Part shown: positions 1 through 62,237 of the stretch, one piece after another
Position numbering within the stretch: position 1 is the stretch's first letter
Layout: every line of letters starts with the position of its first letter
Assembly: GCF_009914755.1 (NCBI RefSeq)
Contig: NC_060925.1
Strand: one strand, 5' to 3'
Origin: the human T2T-CHM13v2.0 reference genome, Homo sapiens
Length of the DNA stretch: 64,000 nt
Translations under genes and position numbers: made by a program
Notes under the pieces: generated by a model
What the model was told of the DNA's origin: nothing
Seen by the model: only the letters and a program-made list of their open reading frames with translations
Database searches by the model: none

Positions 1-329
1 GCACCAGGGTGTCTGGAAAGGTGTCAGTGGCAGTGGCTCATCCAGCCTGTTTCCCTGTCTGTAAAATGCGGATCCCAAAGTGCACCCAGCTCTTAGGGCA
101 GGAGAGGGGATTAACATGAGATGGTGCTTGGCAGGGGTGCACTAATTGCTTTATCCCATCTTCCTGCTGCTGTTTTTATCCCTAGGGTGACACACGACTC
201 AGACACTAGGGGGCCCAGGCTTGCACATCTGCGGGCTCTGTCACATTTGTGCTCCAGGGAGAGAAGCAGACAATGTCTGCAGCGTGGGCCAGGGGTCCTG
301 TGTGGCCACACAGAGGAATGCTGACGTTC

Positions 330-684
330 AGCAAGTGCCTGGGTCCATGAGGGCTGCTAGAGCAGAACACCATAGCCTGGGTGGCTCAGGAACCACGGAA
401 GTGTGAAGTGTGCTGCTTGCAGCTCTGGAGGTCAGAAGTCCAAGAGCAAGGTGCCAGCAGATTCCGTGTCTGGTGAGGCCGCTTCCTGTTTCATAGACGG
501 TGCCTTCTAACTGAGTCTTCACAGTGGAAGGGGTGAGGGAGCTTTTGAGGTCTCTTTTATAAGGGCATTGATCTCATTCATGACCCAAGTGATTCCTAAA
601 GGCTCCTCCTCCTAACACCATGACCTTGGGGATAAGGATTTCAACGTGGGAATTTTGGGGGCCACAGACATTCCAACCATAGCA
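330..684. mobile_element. MaLR LTR (MLT1-type), boundaries approximate
   Basis: Motifs gctctggaggtcagaagtccaag...gtgtctggtgagg and terminal cagacattccaaccatagca. Confidence 0.7.
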
Positions 685-816
685 GTGAGAATGTGGGAGC
701 TAGGTTTTGTGATGCTCTCAGGGTTTTACCCCAAAGGCAGGACTGGCAGGCTAGCGTGTTCTCTGTGTAAGTGCTTTTGTTAAATTGACTTCTTAACATA
801 TTGTATCACGCCTATC

Positions 817-1381
<565 letters not shown>

Positions 1382-2064
1382 TGATTTTTTAGAGTACGTA
1401 ATTCAAGTAACATAAAATTCACCCTTTTACAGTGTACGATTTGGTGGTTTTTAGGTTGCGTAACCACACCACAGTCTAATTCCAGAACATTTTCATCAAC
1501 CCTAAAAGAAACTCTATGCCCCTTCATAGTCACTCCCCATTCCCCTTCTCCTCAGCACTTAGCAACCACTAATGTGCTTTTTGTCTCCCTGGATTTGCCT
1601 GTTCCGGACATTTCATTTAAACAGAATCATATAATATGTGGCCTTTTATGTCTGTCTTTTTTTTACTGGGCATGATGTTTTCAAGGCTCATGATGTTGTA
1701 ACATGTATCAGTACTTCCTTTTCATAGCTGAGTCACATTCCATTGTATGAACAGATCACATTTTGTTTATCTATGCATCAGTGGACAGGCATTTGAACTG
1801 TTGCCACTCTGGCAACTATACATAATGCTGCTATAAACGTTTGTATGCAGGCTTTGTGTGAATGTATGTTGTCAGTTCTCTTGAGTAGATACCTAAAGAG
1901 TAGGGTTGCCAGGTCATACGATAATATTATTTACCTTAGTGAGGAACTGTCAGACTGTTTTCTAGAGTGGCTGCACCATTTTACATTCTTCAATCAGCAA
2001 TGTATGAAGGTTCCAGTTTCTCTACATCCTCACCAACTCTTCTTGTTTTTATTTATTTATATTT

Positions 2065-2355
2065 TATTTATTCTTTTTTTAGAGACAGGGTCTCACTCTA
2101 TTGCCCAGGCTGGAATGCAACGGTGTGATCATGGTTCACTGTAGCATTGAACTCCTGGGATCAAGCAATCCTCCCATCTCAGCCTCCTGAGGAGCTGGGA
2201 CTACAGGTGTGCACCACCACACCCAGCTAATTTTTGTATTTTTAGTAGAGATGGGGTTTCACCATGCTGGTCTTGAACTCCTCACCTCAAGTGATCCATC
2301 CACCTCAGCCTCCCAAAGTGCTGGGATTATAGGCGTGAGCTACCATGTCTAGCCA
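2065..2355 (-). mobile_element. Alu
   Basis: Alu consensus motifs in reverse orientation. Confidence 0.88.
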
Positions 2356-2459
2356 TGATGCTAGACCTTTTTTTTAGATAAATGATTTGCAAATATTTTC
2401 TTTCTTTTTTTTTGATTATGTCTTTTGCTGCATGAAGGTTTTAATTTTGATAAAGTTTA

Positions 2460-2614
<155 letters not shown>

Positions 2615-3916
2615 TTTTTTTAAAAATAAAGCTTAATTTATCCTCTTTTGTTGCTTGTGTGTTAGGTGTCATTTCTAAGAAATCATTGCCCAATCCAAGG
2701 TCACGAGATATACACCTCTGTTTTCTTCTAAGATTTTAGTAATTTTAGCTGTTACATTTAGGGCTTTGATCCATTTTAAGTTAATTTTTGAATATGATGT
2801 GAAATAGTGGTCCAACTTCATCATTTGCATGTGGAAATGCAGCTGTCCTAGCATCATTTGTTGAAGACATTTTTCTCCATTGAATTTTCTTGGCACCCTT
2901 GACCATAAATGTAAAGGGTTTATTTCTGGATTCTCAATTCTGTTCCATTGATTTCTAAGTTTATCCTTATGTTAATACCACAGTCTTAATTACCATATCT
3001 TTGTAGTAAGTTTTGAAATTAGAAAGTGTGAGTTTTCCAACTTTGTGTGTTTTCAAGATTGTTTTGGCTATTCAAGGTCTACTGCATTTCCATATGAATT
3101 TTAGAATCAGCTTTTCAAATTTTGGAAAAAAGGTAGGTGGGATTTTGATAGGGTTTGCATTGAATGTGTAGATCGATTTGGAGAGTATTGCTGTTTCTTC
3201 TAATCCATGAGTATGGGATACATTTCTATTTATCTGGGTCTTTTAAGATTTCTTTCAATGGTGTTTTCTAATTGTCAACATATAAAGTTTGCAGTTCCTT
3301 TGTAAATTTATTGCTAAGTAGTTAATACTTTGGATGCTACTGTCCATGGAACTGTTTTCATAATTTCAGTTTTGGAGTGCCATTGCTAAGGTACAGAAAG
3401 AGAATTGACTTTTGTATATTGGTCTTTTATCCTGCAACCTTGTTGAACTTGTTGATTAGCTCTAATATTTCTTTTGTGGATTCCTGAGGATTTTCTGTAC
3501 ACAAGATCGTGCTATCTCTGAATAGAGACAGTTTTACTTCCCAATGACGTTTCTTCCTTTTAAAGTGTAGGCATTTACGGCTGTGCATGTCCCCTGAGCA
3601 GTGCTTTCACTGCATCCCATAGTTTGGTATGTTGTGTTTTCATTTCCATTCATCTTAAAGTATTTTCTAATTTTTCTTTTAATTTCTTTTTTAAAAGTGT
3701 GTTGCTTTATTTCCACATATTTGTGTATTTTCCAGTTTTCTTTCTGTTTTCTAGCTTTATTCCATTATGGTCAGAGAAGATACTTTGCCTGAATTCAACT
3801 TTTAAAAATGTATTGACACTTATTTTGTGGCCTAATAGATGGCCTATCCTGGACAGTGTTCCATACACACTTGAGGAAAATGTGTATTCTTCTCCTGTTG
3901 ATTGGAATATTCTATA

Positions 3917-4259
3917 CAGTCTCATGTTGACTGGAATATTCTATAGAGTGTTCTCCCTGTGGGGGATAGGTTCCAGGACTCCTGTAGATACCAAAATCCA
4001 TGGATCATCAAGTTCTTTATATAGAATGATGTAGTATTTGCATATAACCTACACATATCCTTCCTTATATTTTAAATCATCTCTAGATTACTCATAGTAC
4101 CTAATACAATGTAAATGCTATATAAATGCTTGTTATACTGTATTTCTAAAAATTTATATTACTTTTATTGTTGTGTCATCATTTTTTTTCCAGAATATTT
4201 TTGATCCTCGGTTGGCTGAATCTGCACACGTGTAACCTGTGAATTTGGAGGGCTGACTG
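3917..4259. mobile_element. MER2-like DNA transposon remnant (TcMar-Tigger)
   Basis: gggggataggttccaggac...gataccaaaatccatggat...tatttgcatataacctac...ggagggctgactg; TA dinucleotides at both ends. Confidence 0.75.
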
Positions 4260-6898
4260 TATAAATCAGTTAGGTCTAGTTGATTTATAGCATTGTTCAA
4301 GTCCTCTTGGTTTTAACAGATCTTTTTTCTAGTCATTCTATTATTGAAAGTGGGGTATTGAAGTCTCTAATATTGTAGACATTTTTTCTTTCTTTAATTC
4401 TGTTGATTTTTGCTTCTCATATATTGCCCTCTGCTTTAGGTTAGTATATGTTTATAACTGTGATATCTTACTGAGAGATTGGCCCTTTCACAGTGTGTAG
4501 TGTTGTTTGTTTCCTCTGGCGGTTTGGTTTCAGGTCTGCCTTGCCTGGTGTTTGGGAGCCATTCCTGCTCTTTTGGCTGCTATGGTTTATGAAGCATCTT
4601 CGAGCCTTCCACCTGTTTGCGTCTTTGGCTCTAAAGTGTATGTCTTATAGATAGGTGAATAATGACTTTTTAATTAAGAATTAGTTTTATAATTGAGCTG
4701 AAATTCATATAACATACAGTTAACCATTTTGAAGTGTATACTTCAGTGGCATTTAATGCATTCTCAATGTTGTGCAACCACCACCTCTGTCTAATTTCAA
4801 AATTTTTCATCAGAAATTTTTCGCCAGAACACCCCATAGTCATTGGGTTATTACTTTACATTCTTCCTTCCCCCCACCATCTGGCCACCCTGCGTTTTGC
4901 TCGTTGTCTCTACAGATTCGTTTGTTCTGGATACTTCATGTAATAGAAATCATGCAATATGTGTCGCTTGTATCTGGTTCTTTTACTTTGTGTAAACTTT
5001 TCAAGATTCCTCCAAGTTGTGCGTAACATGTTCCAGTGCTTCATTACTTTTTATGGCTGAATAATGTTCCATTGGATGTGTATATCACAGCATATCACAG
5101 ATGCTGTTAATTTTTGTTGCTGTTTCTGTTGCTTTTGTTTGTGTATGTTTAGTGACTTTTCTGAACCAATTCTGTAAAGTCTATGTTCCTTATCATGGGT
5201 GGCCACTGAAGCCTCTGCTCAGTGAGCTTATTGGCCAGCTGATGATTAGAACAGTGATTTTAATAGATGTCTCCAACAATAAGTCTGCCTGTCTTTGGGG
5301 CCTGTGTGTGGAAATTGGCCCATGCATTCAACACAGCTAGGCAGACGACAGCTCTACCTGTGCCTTTACTTCTGGCCTCACAGAACCTCAAGGCTAGCCA
5401 GCTGTGTGAGTGTTAGGCCTTCTCAGGCATTACCTGAGTGTGCACACAGCCTGTGCATATGTGTGACCCTCTCTGTGCCCAGGAGTGTGTTGTTGGAGCT
5501 TTCCAAAGCCTCCTGTGGATGTCTTGTTCTCCAGCATTTCCTTTTAGGCTAGAGACTTTTGGTTAGACTATTGTTCATTGCAACCGTTCTCCACTGCTTC
5601 AAGCAGCCATTGTGTTTGTAATTACCTCTGATATTTTTTCAAAAAATGCTTCTTGAGAAAATGCTTTTGCACTGGGTGAACTACTCAGGCCAAATAAATT
5701 CAGCCCTGGTGAGCGAGTTTTCCAGGGAGCTACCAAACAGGTGAAATAATGACAGTGCTCTAGGAATGGCCCTCTCTGCGGGTTGCCAGGGTGCTGGTCT
5801 TCATCCTGATTGTGGACTGTTGGTTTTCACAGTTATCTCAGAGCTAGAGTCTGGTAGGTTTAAGAATTGGGTGGGTTAAAACACCACACATCTAGCTATT
5901 CTTACTGAGATGCAGTTGTTTTTCATGGGTGAATGCTCCCCAGATTGCTGCAAGTCTTTGATTAATTTTCAGACTTCTGAAAAGTTGATTTCAACATTTT
6001 TTTTGGCCAGTGCTTTTCTTTCTTTTGTGGAGGAGAGGTTTTTCAGAAGTTATTATTTTGTCATTTTTGCTGACATCTCTGCCAGGGGTTTTTGAATATT
6101 GAACCAGCCTTGCATTCTTTGGATGTGTTTGGGTTTGTGGTGTGTTATTCTTCTTACATACTGGATTCAGTCGGCTGATATGTTGCTGAGTATTTTTATT
6201 TTTATGTTAATGGAGAATTTTAGTTTGTGGTTTTCATATACTGTCTTTGTCTGGTTTTGATATCAGGGTAATGCTGTCCTCAAAAAAATGGGATGGAAAG
6301 CATTTCCCTTCTCTTCTGTTTTCAAGAAGATATTGTGTAGAATTGATGTTATTTCTGTTACTTTTAAAACATCTTTTTAAGTTATTTCATTGACGAAGCA
6401 AGTAATGCCATCTTGGCCTAGAGATTTCTTTTTGTGGAATATTTAAATCACCAAGACAATTTATTTAATAGATGTGGGACTGTACAAGTTGTCTATTTTA
6501 TCTTGGGTGAGTATTGGTAATTTGTGGTTTCTGGGGAATTGGTCCATTTATTCAAATGGATTTAATTTATGTGCATGGAGTTGTTTGTAGTGTTTCCTTA
6601 TTACCATAGTGTCTGTAGGGTCTGCAGGGATAGCCTTGTTTCATTACTGATATTGTTAGTTTGTCTTTTCTCTCTCTTTTTTTCTTTGTCTTGTTAGAGG
6701 TTTGTCAGTTTTATTGATCTTTTCAAGGAACCAGTTTTAGGTTTCATTGATTTTCTCTATTTTCATCAATGTTATTGATTTCTGCTTTTTTCTTTATTTC
6801 CATCCTTCATCTTGCTCTGGGTTTATTTTGCTCTTCCTTACCTAATTTCTTAAGGTAGACTATTAGTTTCCTGATTGAAATACTTCTTGCTAATATAA

Positions 6899-7273
<375 letters not shown>

Positions 7274-8804
7274 TGATGTGGTATTTTCATTGTTGTCCAG
7301 TTGAAGATAATTTCTAATTTCCCTTGATACTGCCTCTTAAATGTGTAGATTATTCAGAAGTGGGTTTAATTTCCATGTGTTCAGAGATTTTACTGTTACC
7401 TTTCTGTTACTGATTTGTAGTCTAATTCCATTTTGGTCAGAGAACATAACTTTGAAACATTTCAATTCTCTTAAATTTGTTTCCTGAACCAGAATATGTC
7501 CTAGGTGGGCGAACATTCTATGTGTTCTGGAAAGGAGTGTTTTCTGCTGTTGTTGGGTGGATCCTACCAGTGTCACTTAGGTCATGATGGCTCATGGTTC
7601 AGTTCATCTGTATCCTTGATGCTTTTCTGTCTGCCAGTTTTATCAGTTATTGAGAGAAGAGTGTTGAAATCCTCAGCTATGATTGTGGATTTGTCTGTTT
7701 TTACTTTCAGTGCTATCGATTTTTGCAGCATGTATTTTGAAGTTACATTGTGAAGATCATTTTGTCTTCTTTGCAAACTGACATCTTTATCCTTATGTAA
7801 TGTCCCTCTTTCTCCCTGGTAATTTTCTTTGTTCTGAAATTTTCGTTGTTTGATATTAATATGAACAAACAATCCAGACTTGTATTATTAGTGTTTGTAT
7901 TACATGTATTTTGCCATTCTTGTACTTTGAACCTGCCCATATAATTATATTGGAGGTGAGTTTCTTGTAGATAACATGTAGTTGGCTCACTACTTTCCAA
8001 CTGATAATCTCTGTCCTACTATGGATGTATTTATTCTATTTTCATTTATGTTGTGATTAATATATTTGGATCCAGGTTGACTATTTTATTACATTTTTCT
8101 GTTTTTTCCCCTTTTTTTCGGTTCTTCTGTTTCAACTTTTCTGCCCATTTTGGGTTATTTAGATTTTTTTTTTTAGTATTTCTTTTTAATGTATCTATTG
8201 TGATTTTTTTTGGTCACCTATGGATTGCACTTAACATACTTAACTCTTCATCATCTACTTAAGATCAGTATTTTATCACCTCCACTGGAATAGAGAACTC
8301 CTACCATCACATAGGTCTCTTTTACTCCCTGACCTTTAAATTATTATGGTAGTTATCTTACGTATTATCTCTACATTCACTGAAAACCTCATCAGATAAT
8401 ATAATTTTTGTTTTTTAACTATGAAATTTATTTTAAAGAACTCAAGAGGAGGAATATAATCTGTTTTATTTGCCTAGATGTTCAGCATTTCTGTTACTCT
8501 TGCCTCATTCCTGCTGTTGCAAGTTTCCCTGAGATATCATTTCCCTTCTGTCTGAAGGACATCCTTTAGCAATTCTTTTAGAGCAGCTCTGCCATCAGTG
8601 CATCTTCTTAGTTTTCCTTTATTCAGAATGTGTCTATTTCACCTGCATTCCTGAAAGATATTTTTGGAAAATTGAGAATTCTGGGTTGATGGTTCTTTTC
8701 TTTTAGCACTTGAAAAAATGTTCCACTTATTCTGGCCTCCATGATTAAAAAAATATTTAATTGACAAATAAAGATTGAATATATTTAAGCTGTACAACAT
8801 CATG

Positions 8805-8808
<4 letters not shown>

Positions 8809-8846
<38 letters not shown>
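8809..8846. repeat. (CA)n microsatellite
   Basis: Uninterrupted CA run. Confidence 0.95.
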
Positions 8847-8848
<2 letters not shown>

Positions 8849-10047
8849 GTGAGAAATTAACAGTCATTCAAACTGTTCCCCTACAAATAATGTGTTGGTC
8901 TTCTCTGCTTGCTTTCAAAATTTTTTTCTTTGTCTTTAATTTTTAACTCTTTTAAAATGATACATGTGGGTGTGGATTTTTTGGGGTTTATTCTGTTTGG
9001 GGCTTGCCAAATTCATCTAATCTGGTTTATGTCTTCTTCCAAATTTGGGAGATTTTTAGTCATTATTTCTTCAGATTATTGTTTCTGAACTATATTTTAT
9101 CTTCTGCTTCTAGGGATAATGACTTCAATGTTAGATCTTTCAGAATCATCTTACAGGTCCCTGAGGCTCTGTTTTTTTGTTTTGTTTTAAATCCCTTTCT
9201 CTCTGTTGTTTGGATTGGATAATTTCTATTGATCTGTCTTCAATTTCACTAACTTTCTTCTGTTATTGATATTCAACTATTGAGCCTATACAGTGAATTA
9301 TTTCAATTACTATCTTTTCTTCTTATAAACTTTCCACTCAGTTTTTCTTTATATCTTCTCTTTCTTTGCTGAGACTTTTTAATGTTCCCATTCCTTTCAA
9401 GGGTATTTGCTTTTACTTGTTGAAGCATTTTTGTATTAACTGCTTGAAAATCGTCAGATAATTCCAGCATTGGTGTCATCTTGACGGTGGTATCTGTTGG
9501 TAGTCTTTTCATGTGCATGCTACTTGATTCTTCCTATGCCCCGTAATTTCAGATGGTGTCCTGGGTATTTTGAAGACTATGTTACATGACTTCAGGTCTT
9601 CTTTACATACTAGGGGAATGTTGATTTTTTTTTTCAAGCTGGAAATCAGCCTAGTTGACTTCTGTGGGTTGATGTCTTCAAAGCCTGTGTGGTTTGATCT
9701 GTCCTGCCCGTGCACCTCCTGTGGTCGTGTGTATGTGGGCAGTGCTTTGTCCCCGAGTACAGTGATGTGTGCCTCTAGGGGGAGCCCTGGAGTTCTTGAA
9801 CAACTTTGTGTTCTATTTTTCGAGCATCTCCCTTTCCAGGATCCTCTCCAGGACTTTCTGCTTTCCTGGAGCTTGCCTTTCAGTTCTACAGACAAAAAAC
9901 TGGAGCTTTGTGTTTGCTGCCCTGATCCTGCTTCTTATGGTTGCAACTGTATGTGCCAGAGCTGAGCGCCAGGAGGACAGAGAAAAAAAAAATCAACAGT
10001 GCTTACCCTTGAGATCAGAGCCCCTTCCATTGAAGAGGAGTGTTTCC

Positions 10048-10662
<615 letters not shown>

Positions 10663-11254
10663 CAGAGTGTTTCCTTTATCAGGAGTTTAGTTGTTCACAC
10701 CTGCATGGTCTGGGGTGTGAGAAAGAAGAAGAAACAGGGGTGTCTTCTGTCCTCTCTGAGCACTTGTGCTTCCCTCTTCCATACCTTGAGGGAGGCTACA
10801 GGATTCACTGGGAGCCCGCTCTGCACAAATGCCCGCCTCTGGGTTTTGGGTGCACAGGTCATGGGATGAAGGGTGCTGGGACTTTGAATGCTGTTCCTCT
10901 GCCGCCCCCATCCACCTGCTGCTCTCCTTTCTGAGTGTTCAGATAGCAGCTCCTTGGTCTCACGGGTGAGATGTGGGGTGTGCACCTCCAAGAGTGGAGC
11001 CACCAGTAGGTGCTTTTGAAAACTGCAAGTTTTATTATAAATATGCAAATGAACCCAGACCTTGGCATTTCTTGCGTGAGACAAGTCTAAGCATCCTTGC
11101 GAGGGTATTTGTATCTCATTCAGGCGAATGTCGCAGGTAAACCACCAGGTAGGTAGCTGGGGACCTGATTCAGTGGCTTAGCTGCACTGAGGGGCCACCG
11201 AGACTGCTGCATGCCTCCTCCCTAGTGCAGCTGCAGGCAGGCAGTCACCTGTGC

Positions 11255-11980
11255 ACTCACACACACATGCATGCATACAGTGCACTTACACACACATACT
11301 CTCACACACGCCTACACATACATGTGCACACACATGCTCACAATGCACTCATATGCACACACACATTCTAACATGCACACCTACACACACATGCACTCAC
11401 ATATGAATGTACACACATGCACACGTGCACTCACATGCACCTACACACACTTGCACAACATACACATGCACTCACACATACACCACCCACACATGAACAC
11501 ACACACATATAAACACACACACACTTGCACATACATGCATACATATCCCAACAACACATTTACATATGCATAAATACATTTAAATACACACAAACAACAC
11601 ACAAGACATATATACACACACATACATAGACACACACAAACCTAAACATAATACACACACAATACCTACATATGCACTCACCTACATATATACACGCACA
11701 GACACCTCACTCCCACATGCACCTATATACACATATACCCCCATACACACTTATACCATATACATACATTCAAACACATGTACACTTGCACACATACATA
11801 TACACATTTAAACACATATACACAAACGTACACACATGTGCATACACATGCTTCATCTCATACACACAAATACATGCATGATACACATACACATGAAAAC
11901 ACACTTAAACATACACACTTGCTCATACATATTACATACACATATTAAAACACATTCCCATTCTCAAACACATCCACATG
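11255..11980. repeat. Long degenerate (CA/TA)n low-complexity tract
   Basis: ~720 bp of cacacatacatgcac-type sequence. Confidence 0.9.
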
Positions 11981-12797
11981 CAGTGTGATTGTGAGTGATT
12001 TTGTGAAGTGCATATCAAAGAGACACAGTTTCCCTGAAAGTACTTTGTGAGTCCTTCTCTAAAGCAAACATAACAAATGTCAAAGAGCTTGGGGAAGCCC
12101 TCCCTTGGTGATCAGGCAGATTCGAGGGCCATGGAATGAGCAGCAGATGTAGCTGCCCAGCTGGTTGAGTATGCTGCGGCTGTGTGACTGGATTTGCATC
12201 TGTGCTCATGCTTAGAGGTGCTCATGCGGGATGCTGGTCTGCCACATGCCCAGTGCTAGCACCGCTGCTGAAGACACGTTGCTGACAGGCTGCTGTGTGG
12301 GTCCTTGCAAGATCCTCGCAGTGCCTGAATCCATACCCGGGTCCCTGAGAACATCTGGCTGCAGAGGTTCGGCTCTGGGACTCCTCAGCATGCTCAGTGA
12401 GGCGGTAACACTTAGTCAACTTGGTTTAAAAACACAGCAGCTCTTTTAGTGATCGTTTTGAAGACAGGTGTGGACTTGGAGGTGCATTTGAAAGCTGGTG
12501 TCCACTCACTTGGGCTGTCCTGTACACCTCCGGAGTGGACTTTGGTCCTTAATTCCTGGGGATGAAAACATAGAAGTTTCACAGTTAGACTTTGACTGCA
12601 CCATGGAGACTAGATTAGGATGGGGGGGATCAGAGGCGGGAGGCTCTGCCCTGCCTGGTCCAGGGAGGGGAGGGCCGGGCCTACAGAGGGACAGTGGTCC
12701 CGTGGGTGGAGGAGAGGGCTGGGTCTGCAGAGGGCCCGAGGTCCCGAGGGTGGAGAGGAGGCCATAGGCTCAAGAGCCATTTAAGAGGTGGAGCACA

Positions 12798-13534
<737 letters not shown>

Positions 13535-14454
13535 TCAGGGATGAGGACTCTGGCTCAGGGCCAAGCAGGGTGGCTTTCTCTGTATTTAGCAAGATGGCGG
13601 ATTTCTCAGAGTCTTGAGCAACAGCCTAAACACCTTTATCCATGCCTGGTTCAAGCCTGGAGGGGAAAACTTGCAGGTGGGTCAGGACAGATAAAGAAAG
13701 TGCTGGGGATGTTGGGGGTTGCTATATTAGCCTATGTGGGACATCCAGGAGGGAGTAGCTCTCTGGGCTGGACCTCGGTCGATGCTGAGCTGACAAGGGA
13801 GCTTTGGGATTTGTTGGCATGTCAACGGCAGGAGAGGGTGGGCGTGCACCAGGACACCATGGGCAAGGGACCGTGATAACAAGGCTCACCCTGGGGCAAC
13901 ACTGAGGAGGCTGAGACCACCAAGGAAGAGGCCCAAAGGAGCAGGAAGAGAATCTAGAGAGTCGTATTTTGGGGTCAGTGAAGACTTTGATGCATAAGTG
14001 ACGTGCAGGTGTGAATGCCATGGTGAAGCAGGAGCGGCTGGGGAAGGGCTGAAGGACCGCAGCCCCAGTGGGCACAGGTGACCTTAGCAGGAGCAAGGGC
14101 TCCATGGCTGCTAAGCAGATCTGAGATGAGGATGTGGACACAGCTGGTGTCTACAGCTGTTTCCCCAACCAGGCTTTGAAGGGCAAGAGAGAGAGCAGGG
14201 GTAAGATGCAGGGCTGGTTCTGGCCTCTGTGGCCTCCGGTTACTGCTGTGACATGAGGGGGTGTCAGAGCCTCACCACCTGCTGCTGTCCATCTGCCAGC
14301 CCTAGCAGAGCCACCAGGTCACCAAGGATGAGCTAGTGAAAGGCAGGCAGCTGGATGCATCATTATTTCCTTTGTAAAAATTAATTTACAACATAAAAAC
14401 ACCATCTTTTGTATGTTGGGCACAAATATGTTTTTAAAAAGATTTTTAAAAAAT

Positions 14455-14960
14455 CTAAGTGTCCAACAGCAGATGAATGGATGAAGAATATGTGTTGTAT
14501 ATTATGGTATGCAGGGGGATGCTATTCAGCTGCCACTCAACTACATGGGTGAAGCTGGAGGATGTTATGTTAAGTGAAATAAAACATAAAGACAGTTACT
14601 GCACAGTCTCACTTATATGTGGAATCCAAAAATGTTGAACTCGTAGAAGTGGAGAGTAAAGTACCGGAGGCTTGAAGGGGAGCTAGGTCATGGAGATGTT
14701 GGTCAAAGTGTACAAAGTTTCAGTTTGGAGGAATAAGTTCAAGAGATCTATTGTACAACATGGTGACTGTAGTTAATAACAATGTATTGTATTCTTGAAA
14801 ATTGCTAAGAGAGTGGATTTTTAGTGTTCTCACCATAAAACGATACATATATGAGGTAATGCATATGTTAACTAGCACAATTTAGCAATTCCACAGTATA
14901 TACATATTTCAAAACACATTGTTCATAATAAATGTATACGTTTTTAGTAAATTTAAAAAA
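14455..14960 (+). mobile_element. L1M 3' end fragment
   Basis: agatgaatggatgaagaa...ggaataagttcaagagatctattgtacaacatggtgac...gaaaattgctaagagag. Confidence 0.82.
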
Positions 14961-14999
14961 GGACTTTTAGGATAAACTACAGAGAGTGAGGAAGAAGCA

Positions 15000-15460
15000 A
15001 AAATAATAAAAGAGGCCATGCAGAAAAATTTCAGAAATGATAAACAACATGAATCCTAAATTTATAGACTCACAAGGAATCATTGTAAGTGTAAAGAAGA
15101 TAAATTCTCGGCTAGACATATCATAGTGAATTGTAGAAGGCCAAAAACCAAGAGGAGAGCCTTAAAACTACCAGACAGAAGAATATATTAACAGAACAAC
15201 AGTTACCTTTCCTATAGATTTTTCAGCAGCAATGAGGAGCCCAGAAATGAAATAATGGCATAATGTCCAAATTAGCAAGGGAAAACAACTGTCAACCTAG
15301 AATTCTATACCCAGCTAAGCTATCATTCAAAAGTGAGTGTGAAATAAAGACATTTTCAGGAAGTAGATTGACAGAGTTTACCATTCACAAAACCTTCCTG
15401 AGAGAATTACCAATAGATACACTTCATAAGAGGAAAATGTCATCTAAAGTAACAGAATAG
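15000..15460 (+). mobile_element. Old L1 ORF1-region fragment
   Basis: ORF 15263-15460 ENNCQPRILYPAKLSFK matches the L1 ORF1p C-terminal motif. Confidence 0.78.
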
Positions 15461-15966
15461 GTGCTGAAAGTAGTGATATGAGGAAACCAAAATAATGAAA
15501 AGATCCAATCCCAAGGCCTAGGATTAGATTATACCAATGGCAATTGGCCCTCTAGAAGTTGTAGGCTGCATTAGCAGTCCTTTGTGAGTCAGTGCTACTG
15601 CCCATTTTGCCAGTGTTACTTAAGGAATTATGTCTGAAAATACCTATGCATTGGTGTGCAGGTCACAAACTGTCCTTCTCTTTGTTTGTATACTTAGGAG
15701 ATCACAGCTGGTAAATAAATGCCAGAGCCTGAATTGCAGCATATACCAGTCTGAAAATTATCTAACTGGGAGGCTTCAGGTTCTGAGAACTAACCTATTG
15801 CCTGCCCTGTGCATCTTCAAAACGTAAAGTTCTTTTTGTTGAGAAATCCAGGAACAGGGCAGGCTTGTGGCTGAACCATCAGAGTTTTGAGATCAAGAAG
15901 GTGGGCCCTCATTCAGTTCTAGTAATTGGAATATGTCTGACCCTGTGTGTCCCACTCTGTCCCCAG

Positions 15967-61695
<45,729 letters not shown>

Positions 61696-62116
61696 GTAAT
61701 GACTGCTCCTGGCCACGTGCATGGGTGGCTATGTCTGAGCGGGTGTGCACATTCCTGCTTTGTGCTCACGTCTGCGCTGTGGCCTTCCCTGTCTTTCTGC
61801 GTGTGGTTCCTTCATTCCTTCAGTAGGGATTCCCCACACCTGCTGCGTGTTACCCGTCTCAGGAGCAGGAAGACAGCAGAGAAGAGAGGGCTGTTTGAGC
61901 CCTACAGAGTTGTAGGCAGAGACAGAGGATGTGGGGAGAACCAAATCATTACAAAAGTGAGATCACAGATCTTCTCCAGGGTAAACACTAGGAAGGCAGG
62001 AAGGCAATTAGGAGGAGCCCCAGAAGCGGAACACAGACGGGAGTGGGGGGATGGCAGGTGGGCTGGAGTGCACAGCCAGGAAGGGGAGGGTCCATTGTGA
62101 GGAGGAGAGAGGCAGG

Positions 62117-62237
62117 GTGACTGTGGGGAGGAGGTGATGGGGGTGACTGTGGAGAGGAGGTGATGGGGGTGACTGTGGGGAGGAGGTGATGGGGGTGACT
62201 GTGGGGAGGAGGTGATGGGGGTGACTGTGGGGAGGAG
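62117..62237. repeat. 26-bp G-rich minisatellite, ~4.6 copies
   Basis: gtgactgtggggaggaggtgatgggg starting at 62117, 62143, 62169, 62195 and 62221. Confidence 0.92.

Noticed and set aside
3898-3949. Short direct duplication tggaatattctata at the MER2 edge
   Set aside because: A local slippage or repair scar in TE debris with no evident function.
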